This document shows positions 1 to 12,942 of a stretch of DNA of 64,000 nt, piece by piece (position 1 is the first letter of the stretch; every line of letters starts with the position of its first letter). A model generated the notes under the pieces. It searched no databases and had not been told where the DNA came from. It worked only from the letters and a program-made list of their open reading frames with translations. A program made the position numbers and the translations under genes. Source of the DNA: Macrostomum lignano (Eukaryota); NCBI GenBank assembly GCA_002269645.1, contig NIVC01002536.1, positions 31,004 to 95,003 of the forward strand, written 5' to 3'.

Positions 1-448
1 TCACCGCAGCGCACGCTCTGCCATTCTGGCGACGGCCCACAACGACTTCATCCGATCGTATGAGACAAACGAGCACTGCAGCATCCACCGCACCTGCATC
101 AACGGCCGACGACCCAAACAGCAAACCTCCATGAACCGTAAGGACAGAGTCCTGCTAGCCCAACTACGCTCTGGCCACTGCCCGATACTCCGACAGTATC
201 GGCACCGCATCGGGCTGGAACCGGAGGCCACCTGCCCGGCCTGCGGGGAGGCCCCGGAGGACCTCAAACACCTGCTCCTGGAATGTCGCGCCACGACCGA
301 GACCAGACGACAAATTCTGGGCGAGAACCCGACGCTGGCCATCCTCCACGACGACGGCCCGCGCGCACTGCACTTCCTCCAGGCGGTAGGGGCGCAAACC
401 CGCCCCCCGGATATTAACCCGGCCGGGAATTAACAACAACAACAACTA
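1..448 (+). mobile_element. 3' end of a non-LTR retrotransposon (LINE) with C-terminal CCHC zinc knuckle and (CAA)n tail
   Basis: Frame is open from nt 2 to the stop at 433 and contains LAQLRSGHC..L.QY.HRIG and CPAC-x8-H-x4-C, typical of LINE ORF2 C-termini. (CAA)n follows the stop directly. The rest of the element is outside the window. Confidence 0.8.
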
Positions 449-812
449 GGGATAATGCTATGGATACGGCTAGGGCTAGGGTTACGGCTAGGGCTACGGC
501 TATGGTTACGGCTAGGGCTAGTGTTACGGCTAGGGATAATGCTATGGATACGGCTAGGGCTAGGGTTACGGCTAGGGCTACGGCTAGGCCTGTGATTACG
601 GCTAGGGTTCCAGCTAGGGCTAGGGCTAAGGTTACGGCTAAGGTTCCGGCTAGGACTATGGTTACGGCTAGGGCTAGGGCTAGGGCTAAGGTTACGGCTA
701 AGGTTCCGGCTAGGACTATGGTTACGGCTAGGGCTAGGGCTAGGGCTAAGGTTACGGCTAAGGTTCCGGCTAGGACTATGGTTACGGCTAGGGCTACGAC
801 TAAAGTTAGGGA
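449..812 (+). repeat. Telomere-like variant hexamer array (TAGGGC/TAGGGT/TACGGC/TAAGGT) with a 60-bp higher-order unit
   Basis: Lines 661-720 and 721-780 are identical 60-mers built from hexamers. One canonical TTAGGG lies near 805-810. Confidence 0.8.
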
Positions 813-938
813 GAGCAATTCGCCGAGAAACACTTGGAACTAAGAAAGGGAGACACTCCTTTAGAAAAGATTCTGTCACGTGACAATTGTTTCGCCCAAT
901 AGCGACTTATAGCATGCGCCAATTGCCACAGTTGCACC

Positions 939-3900
939 CTAATCCAACTCAATCCGGACACGTTCGGACAGCTGGCCGGACAGTTCAGCCAATGCGGCGG
1001 CCTCCTCGGCCAGAGGATTGCCGGTCAGGCGCAAAACGCGAAGACGCCGACACGCGGCCAGAGGTCGGCAGGCGTCTGCGTCGGCCAGCCGATTCCGGCG
1101 GGCGTCCAGAGTTTGCAAGAGCTGCAGGCCGGCCACCTGGCCGGGCAGACGGGTCAGGCGGTTGTCGGACAGGTCCAGCTCGGACACGAAAGCAAACTCG
1201 TGCATTAGTGGCAGAGCTGTGAGGCCCAGACCGGCCAGACTCAGCGTCTCTGGCTCGGACTTGGCCTCCTGTAGGCGAGCTCGGACAGCGAGGCGGCTGC
1301 GGGCGTGACCGTAGGCCCCCGAGCGGGTGGGGTCCAGCTGCGCCAGCCGATCCAGCAGCGGCAAAGCCTCGGCCGGCGTCGGCAGCAGGGCGGCCTCGGT
1401 CAGCAGACCCTGTCGAGAGTCGCCGGCCAACTCGTTGAGCTGACGAATCAAATTGAGCTGCTCGGATCGAAGCGCTTCGTCGACTGCCGACGGCTGTGTC
1501 GGCGACGGCAGCAATCGAAGTCTGCCAGGCGCCGCGGTCGACACAGTCGAACTCATCAGCGTCGAATCGGCGCCGACTGAGACGCGAATAACTTCGACGC
1601 CGTCAGCGGCCTTGATCGGCAGGCGCCAGAGATGAGCAGCCGGATTGGCGGAGCCGCAGCCGGACACGGCGGCCACAGGCACCGGATCCTCGGCCTCAAG
1701 TCTGCAACCGTCGCCATTATTGCCAGCTGGTAACAGTCGAATGTCGAGCAGCTTAGCTAGCCAGGCCTTAGTAACTGGCCGGCTGAGACACATCAGAACG
1801 CAGCTGGAAACATTTTCGTCATTGTCCCAGTCTGTATTGTCGGATTTATCGTTTCTCGATAAATAGCGCAGCCACAGAAGCCGCTGGGGCTCGCTAGGCG
1901 GCGACATCAGCCAGCGGTAGTAGGCCCAGGGCGCCGTGTCCGCCGGGTCGCTGAACATCGCCGAGAGAGCCGTGTCCAGCTCGCGCCTGTCGGGTGTGCA
2001 CGGATATAGCGAATCAGCGGGTTTAGTTGCTAGGGGTGGAAACAGTTCTAGTAGGACCTTGTCAAATACATCTAAGTCAACATGACCTACCCATCAGATA
2101 CATACGGTCAACAGCAGCCCCTATTAGATTGGTGGGTCAACAGCAGCCACTATTAGATTGGTGGGTCAACAGCAGTCCCTATTAGATTGGTGGGTCAACA
2201 GCAGCCACTATTAGATTGGTGGGTCAACAGCAGCCACTATTAGATTGGTGGGTCAACAGCAGCCACTATTAGATTGGTGGGTCAACAGCAGCCACTATTA
2301 GATTGGTGGGTCAACAGCAGCCACTATTAGATTAGTCATTAGTGGGTCAACAGCGAGTCAGGTGCTACATAGAACTCTTCAAATTGCTTCAATTTCTGCG
2401 TCTAAACGGGCCCCTCCTTGCTTTCTGGTCTGGGCAGTCAGTCCTCCATCAGTCTGGGCCAGCAGCAGCCTGGATCGATAATGCCAGGCGCTGAAGTTGC
2501 CCATATTGGCTGTCAGCAGTTTATCCGAGAACGCCAGCTCTTCGCTAGCCGGCACGCCGCCAAGGCGACACACGTGACGCCTGTGATCCCAGCAGTGGAA
2601 ATTGCGCTCGTCTCGCTGCAGAAACTGCCTAGTGAGTCGCAGCTCCCCTGCTAAGTCGGCCCGGCTGACTCCCAGACGGTCCAGCGTCCAGGCTCGGTGA
2701 TGCCAGGCACCGTAGGATTTGGGATTCTGCATCAGACAGGCGGCGGTTAATTGCAGCTCGTTGCTTAATTGGGCAACAATTGCTTCGTCTGATTGCTGCT
2801 GCTGTTGCTGCTTCTGTTGTTCTTGCTGCTTCTGTTGTTCTTGCTGCTTCTGTTGTTCTTGCTGCTGCTGTTGTTCTTGCTGCTGCTGTTGTTCTTGCTG
2901 CTTCTGTTGTTCTTGCTGCTTCTGTTGTTCTTGCTGCTGCTGTTGTTCTTGCTGCTGCTGTTGTTGCTGTTGTTCTATCTGCTGCAGTGTCTCCCGTCTG
3001 GCCGCCCACAGGGTGCCAATGTCCGGGTTGGCCTGACAGTAAATACGTAGGGAGGCACGAGTTTACATGTAGGCGGCAAATCTTGGAGCAGCAAATCAAT
3101 TTGGAATGAGATCGAGAGTTAGGATAATCTGATCTCTTTGAAGCGAGATTTATAGAGTTAGAGGAATCTCACAGTTAATTGAGTGAGATATACAAGAAAA
3201 TCACAGTTGGTTGAGTAAGATCTACAATAATCTCACAGATAGTTGAGTAACTTGAGTGCGATCTACATTTTTTTTTATTAGAGGCAGGGGGGTTGTGTGC
3301 ACCCTGGCGCACTTTAAGCGACATTGTCACACAACCGGCGAGAGGCATTACTGCCCATTCCGCCGACTCCCCTGAGCAGGCATACAAGCGCGCGGATACG
3401 TACGCAGGCACACACTCACACAGGATTGTACAGCGGCCCTAACTTTATTTTATCGTTAGGCATGTACACTTCACTGCGCCTTGGGGGGTTGGCCCTCAAG
3501 GCCGTTAATTGCACGAGCAGAGCCAAGCCGAGATTCCAATTCAGCCCCAAATTAATGTGACTGCACTTGGAATCGAGCCTGGGTCGCTGGCACACCAGAG
3601 CAGCTGCGCTACCGCTGGGCTACGGCCCCCTGAGTGCAATCTACAAGAATCTCACAGTTAGTTGAGTAACTTGAGTAAGATCTACAAGAATCTCACAGTT
3701 AGTTGAGTAACTTGAGTAAGATCTACAAGAATCTCACAGTTAGTTGAGTAACTTGAGTAAGATCTACAAGAATCTCACAGTTAGTTGAGTAACTTGAGTA
3801 AGATCTACAAGAATCTCACAGTTAGTTGAGTGAGATCTACAAGAATCACCCTTTCAAAAAAACAAGATTCTCGCTCTGAATGGAGCAACTCCCATCTCTT

Positions 3901-4335
3901 TTAAGTGAGAGTTAGGACAACCGCACTTAGTTGTTGAGAGATCTTCGAAAAACGACGAAAAAGTGATATGTGAGAAACACATCTATCTATGAGAATCTCA
4001 CCCAATCGGGAGTGAGGATTAGGATAGGTAAATCTCACCTCAGTAGCGAGAATCACAAGATGACAAAGTGAATTTCTACTAGCTCACATTTAACTTCAAT
4101 ACAGCTGGATAAGAAAATTGAATACCTGAAGTAGAGCCTGTGTCACTCGCAGAAGTTGTTCCCGATTTTTGCGCCTTTCATCTGCTTCTAAGCCGGCCAG
4201 AGAATCTTGGCACAACTGTCTCAGCCGCATTGCATCATCCATAGCTGCTCGATATTCAATCACTTTGGCTGCACGCTCTTTAGCCTTAGCGGCTCGTTGC
4301 TCTTCTGTTGTGCGAACTCGGGGTCTGCCATGCAT
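939..4335 (-). CDS. RABGGTA: Rab geranylgeranyltransferase (GGTase II) alpha subunit; exons 4335-4126, 3032-2422, 1986-939
   Basis: MHGRPRVRTTEEQ N-terminus, ANPD..TLW..RRE, prenyltransferase alpha repeats (NPKSYGAWHHR, DERNFHCWDHRR, NFSAWHYRS, DPADTAPWAYYRWL) and C-terminal LRRs (LDLSDNRLTRLP). Splice phases are consistent if intron 2 uses a GC donor. Confidence 0.92.
2106..2352. repeat. 29-bp minisatellite in RABGGTA intron 2
   Basis: About 8 tandem copies of GGGTCAACAGCAGCCACTATTAGATTGGT. Confidence 0.9.
3268..3630 (-). mobile_element. tRNA-headed SINE, family A, copy 1
   Basis: Reverse-complement homolog of 59494-59851 with A-box- and B-box-like head (TAGCCCAGCGG; GGCTCGATTCC) and A-rich tail. 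Flanked by a probable 15-bp TSD, TGAGTGC(G/A)ATCTACA, at 3253-3267 and 3631-3645. Confidence 0.85.
3631..3845. repeat. 41-bp minisatellite in RABGGTA intron 1, with degenerate copies at about 3160-3267
   Basis: Tandem TCTACAAGAATCTCACAGTTAGTTGAGTAACTTGAGTAAGA. Confidence 0.88.
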
Positions 4336-7300
4336 GGCTGGTCTGAAATCATTGACAAATATCTGCCCTTAAAATACTTAGGACCTGGACATTTAGGCAA
4401 TGGAAACAAGCATACTCAGTAACATGTTGAAGTTTCCACGCTAAAACCAGTGGCTAACAAGTGACAGTGTTAATTCAACTCTAGATATAACTCTTTACTC
4501 TCTCTTCACCAGCCTAAGCTGGCATGGGGCCTTGTGATTCAAATTGCATTACCTACAGTTGAAAAATTTACAAGTAATGGTATGAATTATGAGTATATCA
4601 GTTGGTGCTAAGATCTAAATATATTAAATGCTCAGCTATATTGCATTTTCTTAGTAATAGGATGGGATTCATTCTTTTTCATTTTGGGCAATATTATAAC
4701 CTTTAATTATAATTATCGAGATGGAGCTTTGGGATCAAATAATATTGGGATCTTATTCAAACATTACCTAGTATAGTTATTTTATAACCTTAATCCTCCA
4801 ATGGCATATTTTGTTATTCTTGTTTAATTATATTAATAATTATAGGTAAGGTGTTTTCCCTTATTAAAGCTAAATATACATTATGAAATATCAGTAACTA
4901 GGTAGCTATATATCATTATATGTATGCCTATATTATATAGATTTATATCTTTAAAATAACTGTCTCAAAAAATTATCTACTATATAGGTAATAGGCCTAC
5001 ATATATTAGTATTAGTAAAGGCCTTAGTGATCGTGTAATTTAAAGACTATAAGTTTAAGATTAGTTAATAAATTAAAATAGAGCATGGTGCATACATTTT
5101 AGGCCTACTATTACTTGAAACAAAAAAATTAGTTAAACTTATATTTTGATATATTAAAAGGCCTGAGCCTATAACATTGGCCTACTATAATATAGGCCTA
5201 GCCTTAGAATAAGTCATAGTGTATGGCTCTATGAGCCTATACTCTACAGTCTACTCCCACTCACAGTGCAAGCAGGCACATAGCTAGCCAGGAAGCCAGG
5301 CCCATACTTTAAAAAACTGGAAAAACTTCAAAAGGAATTTCTTGACTCAGCAGCTACTGAGCTACTAGATACAGCATTGGAGTAGTCTAGACATAGACAC
5401 ACTACAAAATAACTAATCTACCTGGCTACCTCGACTATAAAAATATAGTTTCAACCTCAGTGAATCACTAGTGAGATCGTGATGTGATTTATGTCTCTGA
5501 TTTATGGATTTTTCTCTATTCTCAGAAAATATACAAATTAAATTCAATCCACTAATGCAAAAGAATAAATCAAACCATTGCTTTCTTAGAACTTAGATAA
5601 ATTGATTGATTTCTAATAATTTAATTGCTTTCTTTAACTAATTCTATGAATATCAAAAAGAAAGAGTTAAACATATGAAAACGTAATTTTTCTATTTCTT
5701 CCTTTTAGGGTATACTTTCTTAGATATCGTTACCCCCATCCACGCAGCCTATAGCGCGCGCGTGCGTGAAGCGATCTTTCTGGCCGTGGCAATTTTGCAA
5801 TCAAGCTATTTACGCTTAGAAAAGAAATAGCAATCGCGCCTTTAGCGGCTGATTAGAAAATAAAACACGTGGCTTATGTGGCATTATAACCTAATAAGAA
5901 TTTGGTCGTGTCTTGACTATGCCTTAAATAATTATAAATCACTGGGCTAAGTAAATGAAACAAAGCCTATCAAATTAACACACCCACGTTGTGATTAGGC
6001 CTATTAGGCTATAAATGGGCTCTAGTCTAGGTTTGCGGCGTTTGTCTTAGTTTTTTTCGACCTTTTTTGTGCATTCAGTTAAAAGATTTTGTTGAGCTGA
6101 TGATTCTGAAATCTAAATTATCTAATATAATAGGCCTAGGTAGTTTAGTATTACCAAAGGAGCATATTTTGTTCAACTAGGCCTATATATATTTTACTGA
6201 TTTATGTCTGATTTATGTTTATATTCACTTTATAGAAAATTGAATGCTAAATCCAATCCAAAAAGTGTTCTATTTTGAGCATAGGCTAAGTGGCACATGA
6301 CATGACTAAGACTGCCACACACCAAGACCTTTGGCCTGGGCAAGGAGAGACAGCATTTCTCGCGTAGCAAAGATGATGTGCCGATAACCATATTAAGATT
6401 TGCAGAATGTGGGACAGTGTGACAGTGAGAAACTAGCTAAATATCAATAAAAATGATAATCCTCTGAGAGACAGAGTGTGAGATTAGAGGGAAAGAGAAA
6501 GAGAGAGAGAGAGAAAGAAAGAGAGAGAAAGAGAGAGATATATAGAGAGAGAAAGGGAACAGATAGAGATTAAGAGAGAAGAAAGACGGAGAAATGAAAA
6601 TGTTCTTGAAATGAACAAGAACATCTAAACATTGTACATGTACAAGTGTGTAATGTATTCAGTATACCAGTATTTTTTTAGAACAAAATAATTGCAATGC
6701 TTTCTATTATAATGCGTAAAAAACTTGGTGCTATAAATTTGTTATTCTTGCATTTGTTTTTCATTGCTTTCTTTTTTATTTTAGGCGTTACCAGGTTTAC
6801 TGCTTATGCAATATATGTTTGTTGCCAAAGTAATCTAAATGTGTCACCGAAGTGACTGTCGCTGAAGTGACTTGTCGCCGCCAAAGTGACTGTTGCCGAA
6901 GTGACCTGTCGCCAAAGTGATTAGTGACCCAATTGATAATGTCCATTTTTCTTTTGTAAAGCCTATCTATTTATTATTGAATAGGCCTTTATTGTTAATC
7001 TTTAATTTCATGTTTAGATAAGAATTTTTTTATTTTTTAATGATAGGGCCTAGGTCTAGGCCTACTTTTGTAGCCTGGCCCCCCCCCCCCTAACAGCAAC
7101 ATAGGGCCTATCTCATTGTATAGGCCTAGGCCTATTAAATTTTAAAACTTAAAAGGCCTACAATATTTTCCTAGTCTTAGGCCCATTAGTATTAATTAGG
7201 CCTAGTATTAGCCTATTAGGCTAAGCCTAGGTCTATTATTTATCTGCTTAGGCCTATAAAAGTTAATACTTGTAGTATTGCAAGAAAAGCCCAGGCCTAG

Positions 7301-8009
7301 ACTAGACCTAGCCCTAGGCCTAGCTTAGCTTTCAGTTTCATTTAAGCTTTTACTTTGGTGATAAAACAAGGTGACCACAAGCCACACTCTGAATCATATA
7401 GTATATGCCCAAAATTTGGGTGTGCATTGGCCATGTATGCCAAAAGTAGACATGCACAGTTGGCATGCATCACTCCTAAGAAAATAGTGTATGTGCATAC
7501 CTGGCATGCACTTATAGAATCATGCAGAATTATTTGTGAAGTAGAAAAAAAGATGAAGAAAGTTAATAAGAAAAGATTCAGCTTTTTCTGATCTTTAGCC
7601 TTTTAAAAATTTTGCTAAGCTTATTTTATATAAGGACATAGATATTCTCCTAGTTATAAATTTTCTTTGTCCTTTACCTTTATTATTCAAATGCCATAAT
7701 TTGCTTTTTAGCCTTAATTTTTTAGCAAAAAGGGGACCCAAGAAGACCAAATAAAGTGATCTAACAAGATTCTTAATGTCTTAAATTTCAAGATCTTACA
7801 AAGTCCAAAATGTTTTCTTTTTTGAGTCTGAGACAGTCTGGAATTGGTAAAATAGGATAAAAGTAGTGTGATTTAATGGGTGTACCAGAGGCAATTATAA
7901 TAGCTGTAAAATGTAATTCCAATCCTAAAATCTTTGATCTCATCTGACATCTATGTTTAATTATAGACAATGCTCATAAAAGTTCTCATAGTGACACTAA
8001 AATGCACTG

Positions 8010-9494
8010 ATGCTTGAAGTCATGACGCGACCTCCATCAAAGCAGAAAAACAAAAAGCCAACCGCCAAGCGCGTCATTCTATTCGACGAGGCTAAACGAG
8101 CCGAATACCTGACCGGATTTCACAAGCGCAAAGTGGAACGGCGCAAGCTGGCCCTGCGCAAGGCGGCGGACGAGTTAAAAGAGGAGAAACGGTTGCTGAA
8201 GGAGCGGCACGAGGCGCTGGTGCTGCAGCGGGCGGGAGTTCTGGCACCGGATATGCAGATGATTGAGTGCCAGCCAGTGACTGAGGAGCTGCCTGAGCAC
8301 ACTGTCACGGTTACTGAGCTGGACCTGCAGCCTACCGCTACTGTGAGCTTGCTGTGCTGTTCTTTATAGCAAATTAACTCTTTAATAAGTCGTTTTTTAA
8401 ATTTGAAAATCAGACCCAATGAGAATTTGCCCTCCAACCCCTTAAGAATCGCCCTCCAACCCACTAAAGAATCGCCCTCCAACCCCTTAAGAATCGCCCT
8501 CCAACCCCTTAAGAATCACCCTCCAACCCACTTAAGAATCGCCCTCCAACCCCTTAAGAATCGCCCTCCAACCCCTTAAGAATCACCCTCCAACCCACTT
8601 AAGAATCGCCCTCCAACCCCTTAAGAATCGCCCTCCAACCCCTTAAGAATCGCCCTCCAACCCCTTAACAATCGCCCTCCAACCCCTTAAGAATCGCCCT
8701 CCAACCCACTGAAGAATCGCCCTCCAACTCACTTAAAAATCGCCCTCCAACACACTGAAGAATCGCCCTCCAGCCCATTAAAAAATCGCCCTTCCATTTT
8801 TAAAGAATCGCCCTCCCATTTTTAAAGAATCGCCCTCCCATTTTTAAAGAATCGCCCTCCAACCCACTAAAAAATCGCCCTCCAACCCCTAAAGAATCGC
8901 CCTCCCATTTTTAAAGAATCGCCCTCCAACCCACTAAAAAATCGCCCTCCAACCCACTAAAAAATCGCCCTCTCATTTTTAAAGAATCGCCCTCCAACCC
9001 ACTAAAAAATCGCCCTCTCATTTTTAAAGAATCGCCCTCCAACCCACTAAAAAATCGCCCTCCCATTTTTAAAGAATCGCCCTCCAACCCCTAAAGAATC
9101 GCCCTCCAACTCACTGGAGAATTCTCATGTGAAACTTAAAAAGAAGTTTATAATACGGTTAGTATACACATCTGGTAAGTGGCATGAAAAGTCATTTAAT
9201 TATTGCCAGTATATATTTTGTTTTCTATTTTAGCCGGCACAACAGTCAGGTCCTTCTCAGCCACTACCAGCAATGTGAGCTTGTCAATGCATACTATTTT
9301 AAATTTTCCTTAACATACTACTTTCCAGTAGGCAGTGCGAGAAACTGATCATTGCTCTCGCGTCTCCGGTCCGCAGATCAAAGAAGAGCTTCAACAAGAA
9401 GTTGAAAGACGAATTGAAGATGAAGCCAAACAAGCGAAAGTTTCAAAGAAAATCCAAGAAGAAGACTAAAGGCAAGAAAAGGTCTAAGAGATAA
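8010..9494 (+). CDS. NOL12: Nucleolar protein 12 (Rrp17/Nop25 family); exons 8010-8342, 9234-9274, 9377-9494
   Basis: FDEAKRAEYLTGFHKRKVERRK family motif. GT-AG introns with matching phases 0 and 2 lead to a Lys-rich C-terminus ending KRSKR*. Confidence 0.88.
8420..9113. repeat. 22-23-bp minisatellite in NOL12 intron 1
   Basis: Tandem AAGAATCGCCCTCCAACCCCTT and variants. Confidence 0.9.
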
Positions 9495-9815
9495 GCGATG
9501 TACTTTTACTTTTATTAATCACTGCCTTTATCGAGGTTTTGTTATCTCAAGCATTTTCTTACCTGCTGTCATTGAAGTTTGTAGTATTGTCACCTGTAAA
9601 TTTTTAAGCCGAAATATAAAGCAAAACTGAACGCGAGATCATTGCGTGTCTGCTGTGTTGTCAGTGATAAAAAGTTTTCGATTGTAAATGAGCTGAATGA
9701 AACAATTTTAGTAATAAAAATACGTAAGTGTACGAGTATTTGTAATTTTGACAGAGATTACGTAAACTCATGATATTGGTACATTATTTTCATTTGACTT
9801 TCGAGACTTTGTTGC

Positions 9816-10618
9816 GTCCCTCCCAGCTCATTGGGTCTTGGTTGCCTCCCAGCTCATTGGGTCTTGGTTGCCTCCCTCCCAGCTCATTAGGTCTTGGTTG
9901 CCTCCCAGCTCATTGGGTCTTGGTTGCCTCCCTCCCAGCTCATTGGGGCTTGGTTGCCTCCCAGCTCATTGGGTCTTGGTTGCCTCCCAGCTCATTGAGG
10001 CTTGGTTGCCTCCCAGCTCATTGTGTCTTGGTTGCCTCCCTCCCAGCTCATTGGGGCTTGGTTGCCTCCCAGCTCATTGGGGCTTGGTTGCCTCCCAGCT
10101 CATTGGGGCTTGGTTGCCTCCCAGCTCATTGGGTCTTGGTTGCCTCCCAGCTCATTGTGTCTTGGTTGCCTCCCTCCCAGCTCATTGGGTCTTGGTTGCC
10201 TCCCAGCTCATTGGGGCTTGGTTGCCTCCCAGCTCATTGGGTCTTGGTTGCCTCCCAGCTCATTGGGTCTTGGTTGCCTCCCAGCTCATTGGGTCTTGGT
10301 TGCCTCCCTCCCAGCTCATTGGGTCTTGGTTGCCTCCCTCCCAGCTCATTGGGTCTTGGTTGTCTCCCTCCCAGCCCATTGGGTATTGGTTGCCTCCCTC
10401 CTAGCCCATTGGGTCTTGGTTGCCTCTCTCTCTCTCTCCCAGCCTATTGGGTCTTGGTTGCCTCTCTCCCAGCCCATTGGGGCTTGGTTGCCTCCCTCCC
10501 AGCCCATTGGGTCTTGGTTGCCTCTCTCTCTCTTTCCCAGCCTATTGGCTCTTGGTTGCCTCTCTCTCTCCCAGCCCATTGGGTCTTGGTTGCCTCCCTT
10601 CCAGCTCATTGGGTCTTG
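9816..10618. repeat. 26/30-bp minisatellite downstream of NOL12
   Basis: Tandem CCTCCCAGCTCATTGGGTCTTGGTTG with or without an extra CCTC. It explains the repetitive ORFs in 9770-10660. Confidence 0.9.
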
Positions 10619-10845
10619 ATTAACCAATTAAACCAATTAAATGGTTTTCGAATGATCTAGAACTACAAGCTAATTAATTAGGTGTTAGCGGATAAACTTA
10701 TTTATTACTATCCGACAATGCTGGCCACATTTCTGCTAAAATTCAATAACTTTTTCGCTTGTTTTAGCGGAATGCCGCCATTTTTTTTTCACAAATTTAC
10801 CACTAAATTTAAAGTTCCGCTAATTTTGACTCGGTTTTTAATAAT

Positions 10846-11143
10846 AATTATTATTATTGATTGCACCCGCCCTAATAGCAAGCAACCGACAGCTCAGCCG
10901 CAGCTATTGCGCGGTGCATCTGAAGGCTGCGTACGGCTGTTCAGTCCAAGGACTGGGGGGTCGCCACACACCCTCAATTATTACCCCAGCTAATGCTGGC
11001 ACCCATTTTACAGCTGGGTGAACTGAAGCAATGCAGAGTTAAGTGTCTTGCTTAAGGACACAAATTGTTCCGAGTGGGATTGGGAATCGAACCCCCGACC
11101 TTCAAGTTCTAAGTCCGACGCTCTAATCACTAGGCTACAGCCC
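10846..11143 (-). mobile_element. tRNA-headed SINE, family B, copy 1
   Basis: Minus strand reads GGGCTGTAGCCTAGTGATTAGAGCG...GGTTCGATTCCC (A/B boxes), then a central GCAAGACACTTAACTC...CCCAGCTGTAAATGGGTGCC domain resembling conserved metazoan SINE cores, then a (TAA)n tail. A second copy lies at 15466-15696. Confidence 0.82.
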
Positions 11144-12050
11144 TCTAGAGACTATAAAAATCGATGAAAATTCAATAAAACAGTTATAATACGAGTAGTT
11201 AAAAGATGAGAAAACTGCATTAGGAATTCTTTAGAAAAAAACGGTTTTCGCTTGCACAAAAACCGTGACGCTGATAAAATGAATATAATTGAATAATAAA
11301 CAGCTTCAATAAAATTCAATAAACAATTGAAATTCTGTTAAGAGCCGTGGAGATGGGGAAAATTGTGTCGGTTGTCTTGAACATGAAAACAAACGGCGGA
11401 AATTACATAGCAAATTCAAGCTGAACAAATAGTTAGGCACTCTGCAGTGTTGCTGTGCTTCTGGCTTGAGCTGGCTTCTAGTGGGCAACTCCGAGGAATG
11501 AGGATAGAGTGAAGCAGCAGATGCAACAATTGATGCTTTATCTGTCAGTCAGTCGATCAGCGTTTTTTAAATAACCTAATTTTAACTTGGAAATTGTCTT
11601 GAAGTTCTACCTGATACCATTAAAAGGCTTATAAAATGCCAAATACCTTTGACAAGAACACGAGTACTTAATTCTTAAGGCTCCTCTTAGAAGAATATCT
11701 TTACGGATGTTTTACACTATTAAGACAGAAAAGTTTATTCATAGCGTGCAGATAGCGTCGGCTTTAACTTAAATGATCGAATATGATTTTTTAAATCTCT
11801 TAAAATTTCTACAGGTACAGGTGGAATTTATAATCGAAAAGATTGTTTGAATGCATTTATTTCAATTATCACCTCAGTTATACTCGCGTAGGCAACCAGA
11901 GGCAACCGATTATATGTAGTTGACAACCTGACTAAAATCGGACAAATGTACCAGCGATTAACAGCAAGTTTCGAGGAGATTTTGGGTCAATCAAGTAGTT
12001 TTTTCCAAGTTTTACCGTGCCGCTTCAGATGGTCATCAACTGCTACTCAG

Positions 12051-12720
12051 TCAGCCGTCTAACTGCACCATTATGCGGGTTTCCCGCAGCGATACGAATT
12101 CTCCGTCAATGTAGTACCAGTTCAGGTACTTTGTCTGCTTCCACACCTCCGTGTTAGAGTACTCTCCATTAGGATTGGCCCTGAAGCAGGCTCCGAACCA
12201 CCAGCCTCCGCCGCCTCCGTAGCTGTCAGAGCAGTCTGCGCTGTGCTGGTCATTGTCCTGGTCGGTAGTGGAGAATTTCATGCCCCGACTGCGTTCTTGC
12301 AGCGAATCCATGGTGATGTTAGACCTCTCACTTGCGTACCTGCAAGGCAGAGGTTGATTAGCTAATTGCTATCGATTGCTAACGTTTTCTGTTTGTTCCT
12401 TTACACGATGGTGAAGGCAAGCTGCTCTATAGGATTATACCCTTGCAATCACAGATGCTGTATTACCTAGATGTGTCACTCCAGCATTCGCTAATGTACA
12501 TTAGAGCATTTAGCAGCTGTCTCCGAGACTCCGAAAACCCCGGGGTTAGGGCCACAGACGCCAGCTGCTGCTCCTTATTCTTGCATGAGAGCAGCAGAAG
12601 CTACAGTCCATGGTCTTCCCCGGGGTTAGGGCCACAGACACCAGCTGCTGCTGCTGCTGATGCTTGAGAGCAGCAGAGGCTACAGTCTGGTCTTCCCCGG
12701 GGTTAGGGCCACAGACACCA

Positions 12721-12756
<36 letters not shown>

Positions 12757-12906
12757 AATGCTTGAGAGCAGCAGAGGCTACAGTCTGGTCTTCCCCGGGG
12801 TTAGGGCCACAGACACCAGCTGCTGCTGCTGCTGCTGCTGCTAATGCTTGAGAGCAGCAGAGGCTACAGTCCATGGTCTTCCCCGGGGTTAGTGCCACAG
12901 ACACCA

Positions 12907-12942
<36 letters not shown>

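Noticed and set aside
5740-6060. CpG-richer patch between the divergent RABGGTA and NOL12 genes as a bidirectional promoter
   Set aside because: No diagnostic motif and no TSS data, so it could equally be a transposon remnant.
11070-11143. tRNA-like sequences here and at 15630-15696, 3560-3630 and 59494-59560
   Set aside because: They lack a proper cloverleaf and continue into shared SINE bodies, so they are SINE heads rather than tRNA genes.
12467-12600. Open frame with a phase-2 GT donor that could be a FReD exon
   Set aside because: Exon 13666-13528 already supplies the expected FReD segment with correct phases. This stretch is the degenerate edge of the intronic repeat and has no FReD similarity.
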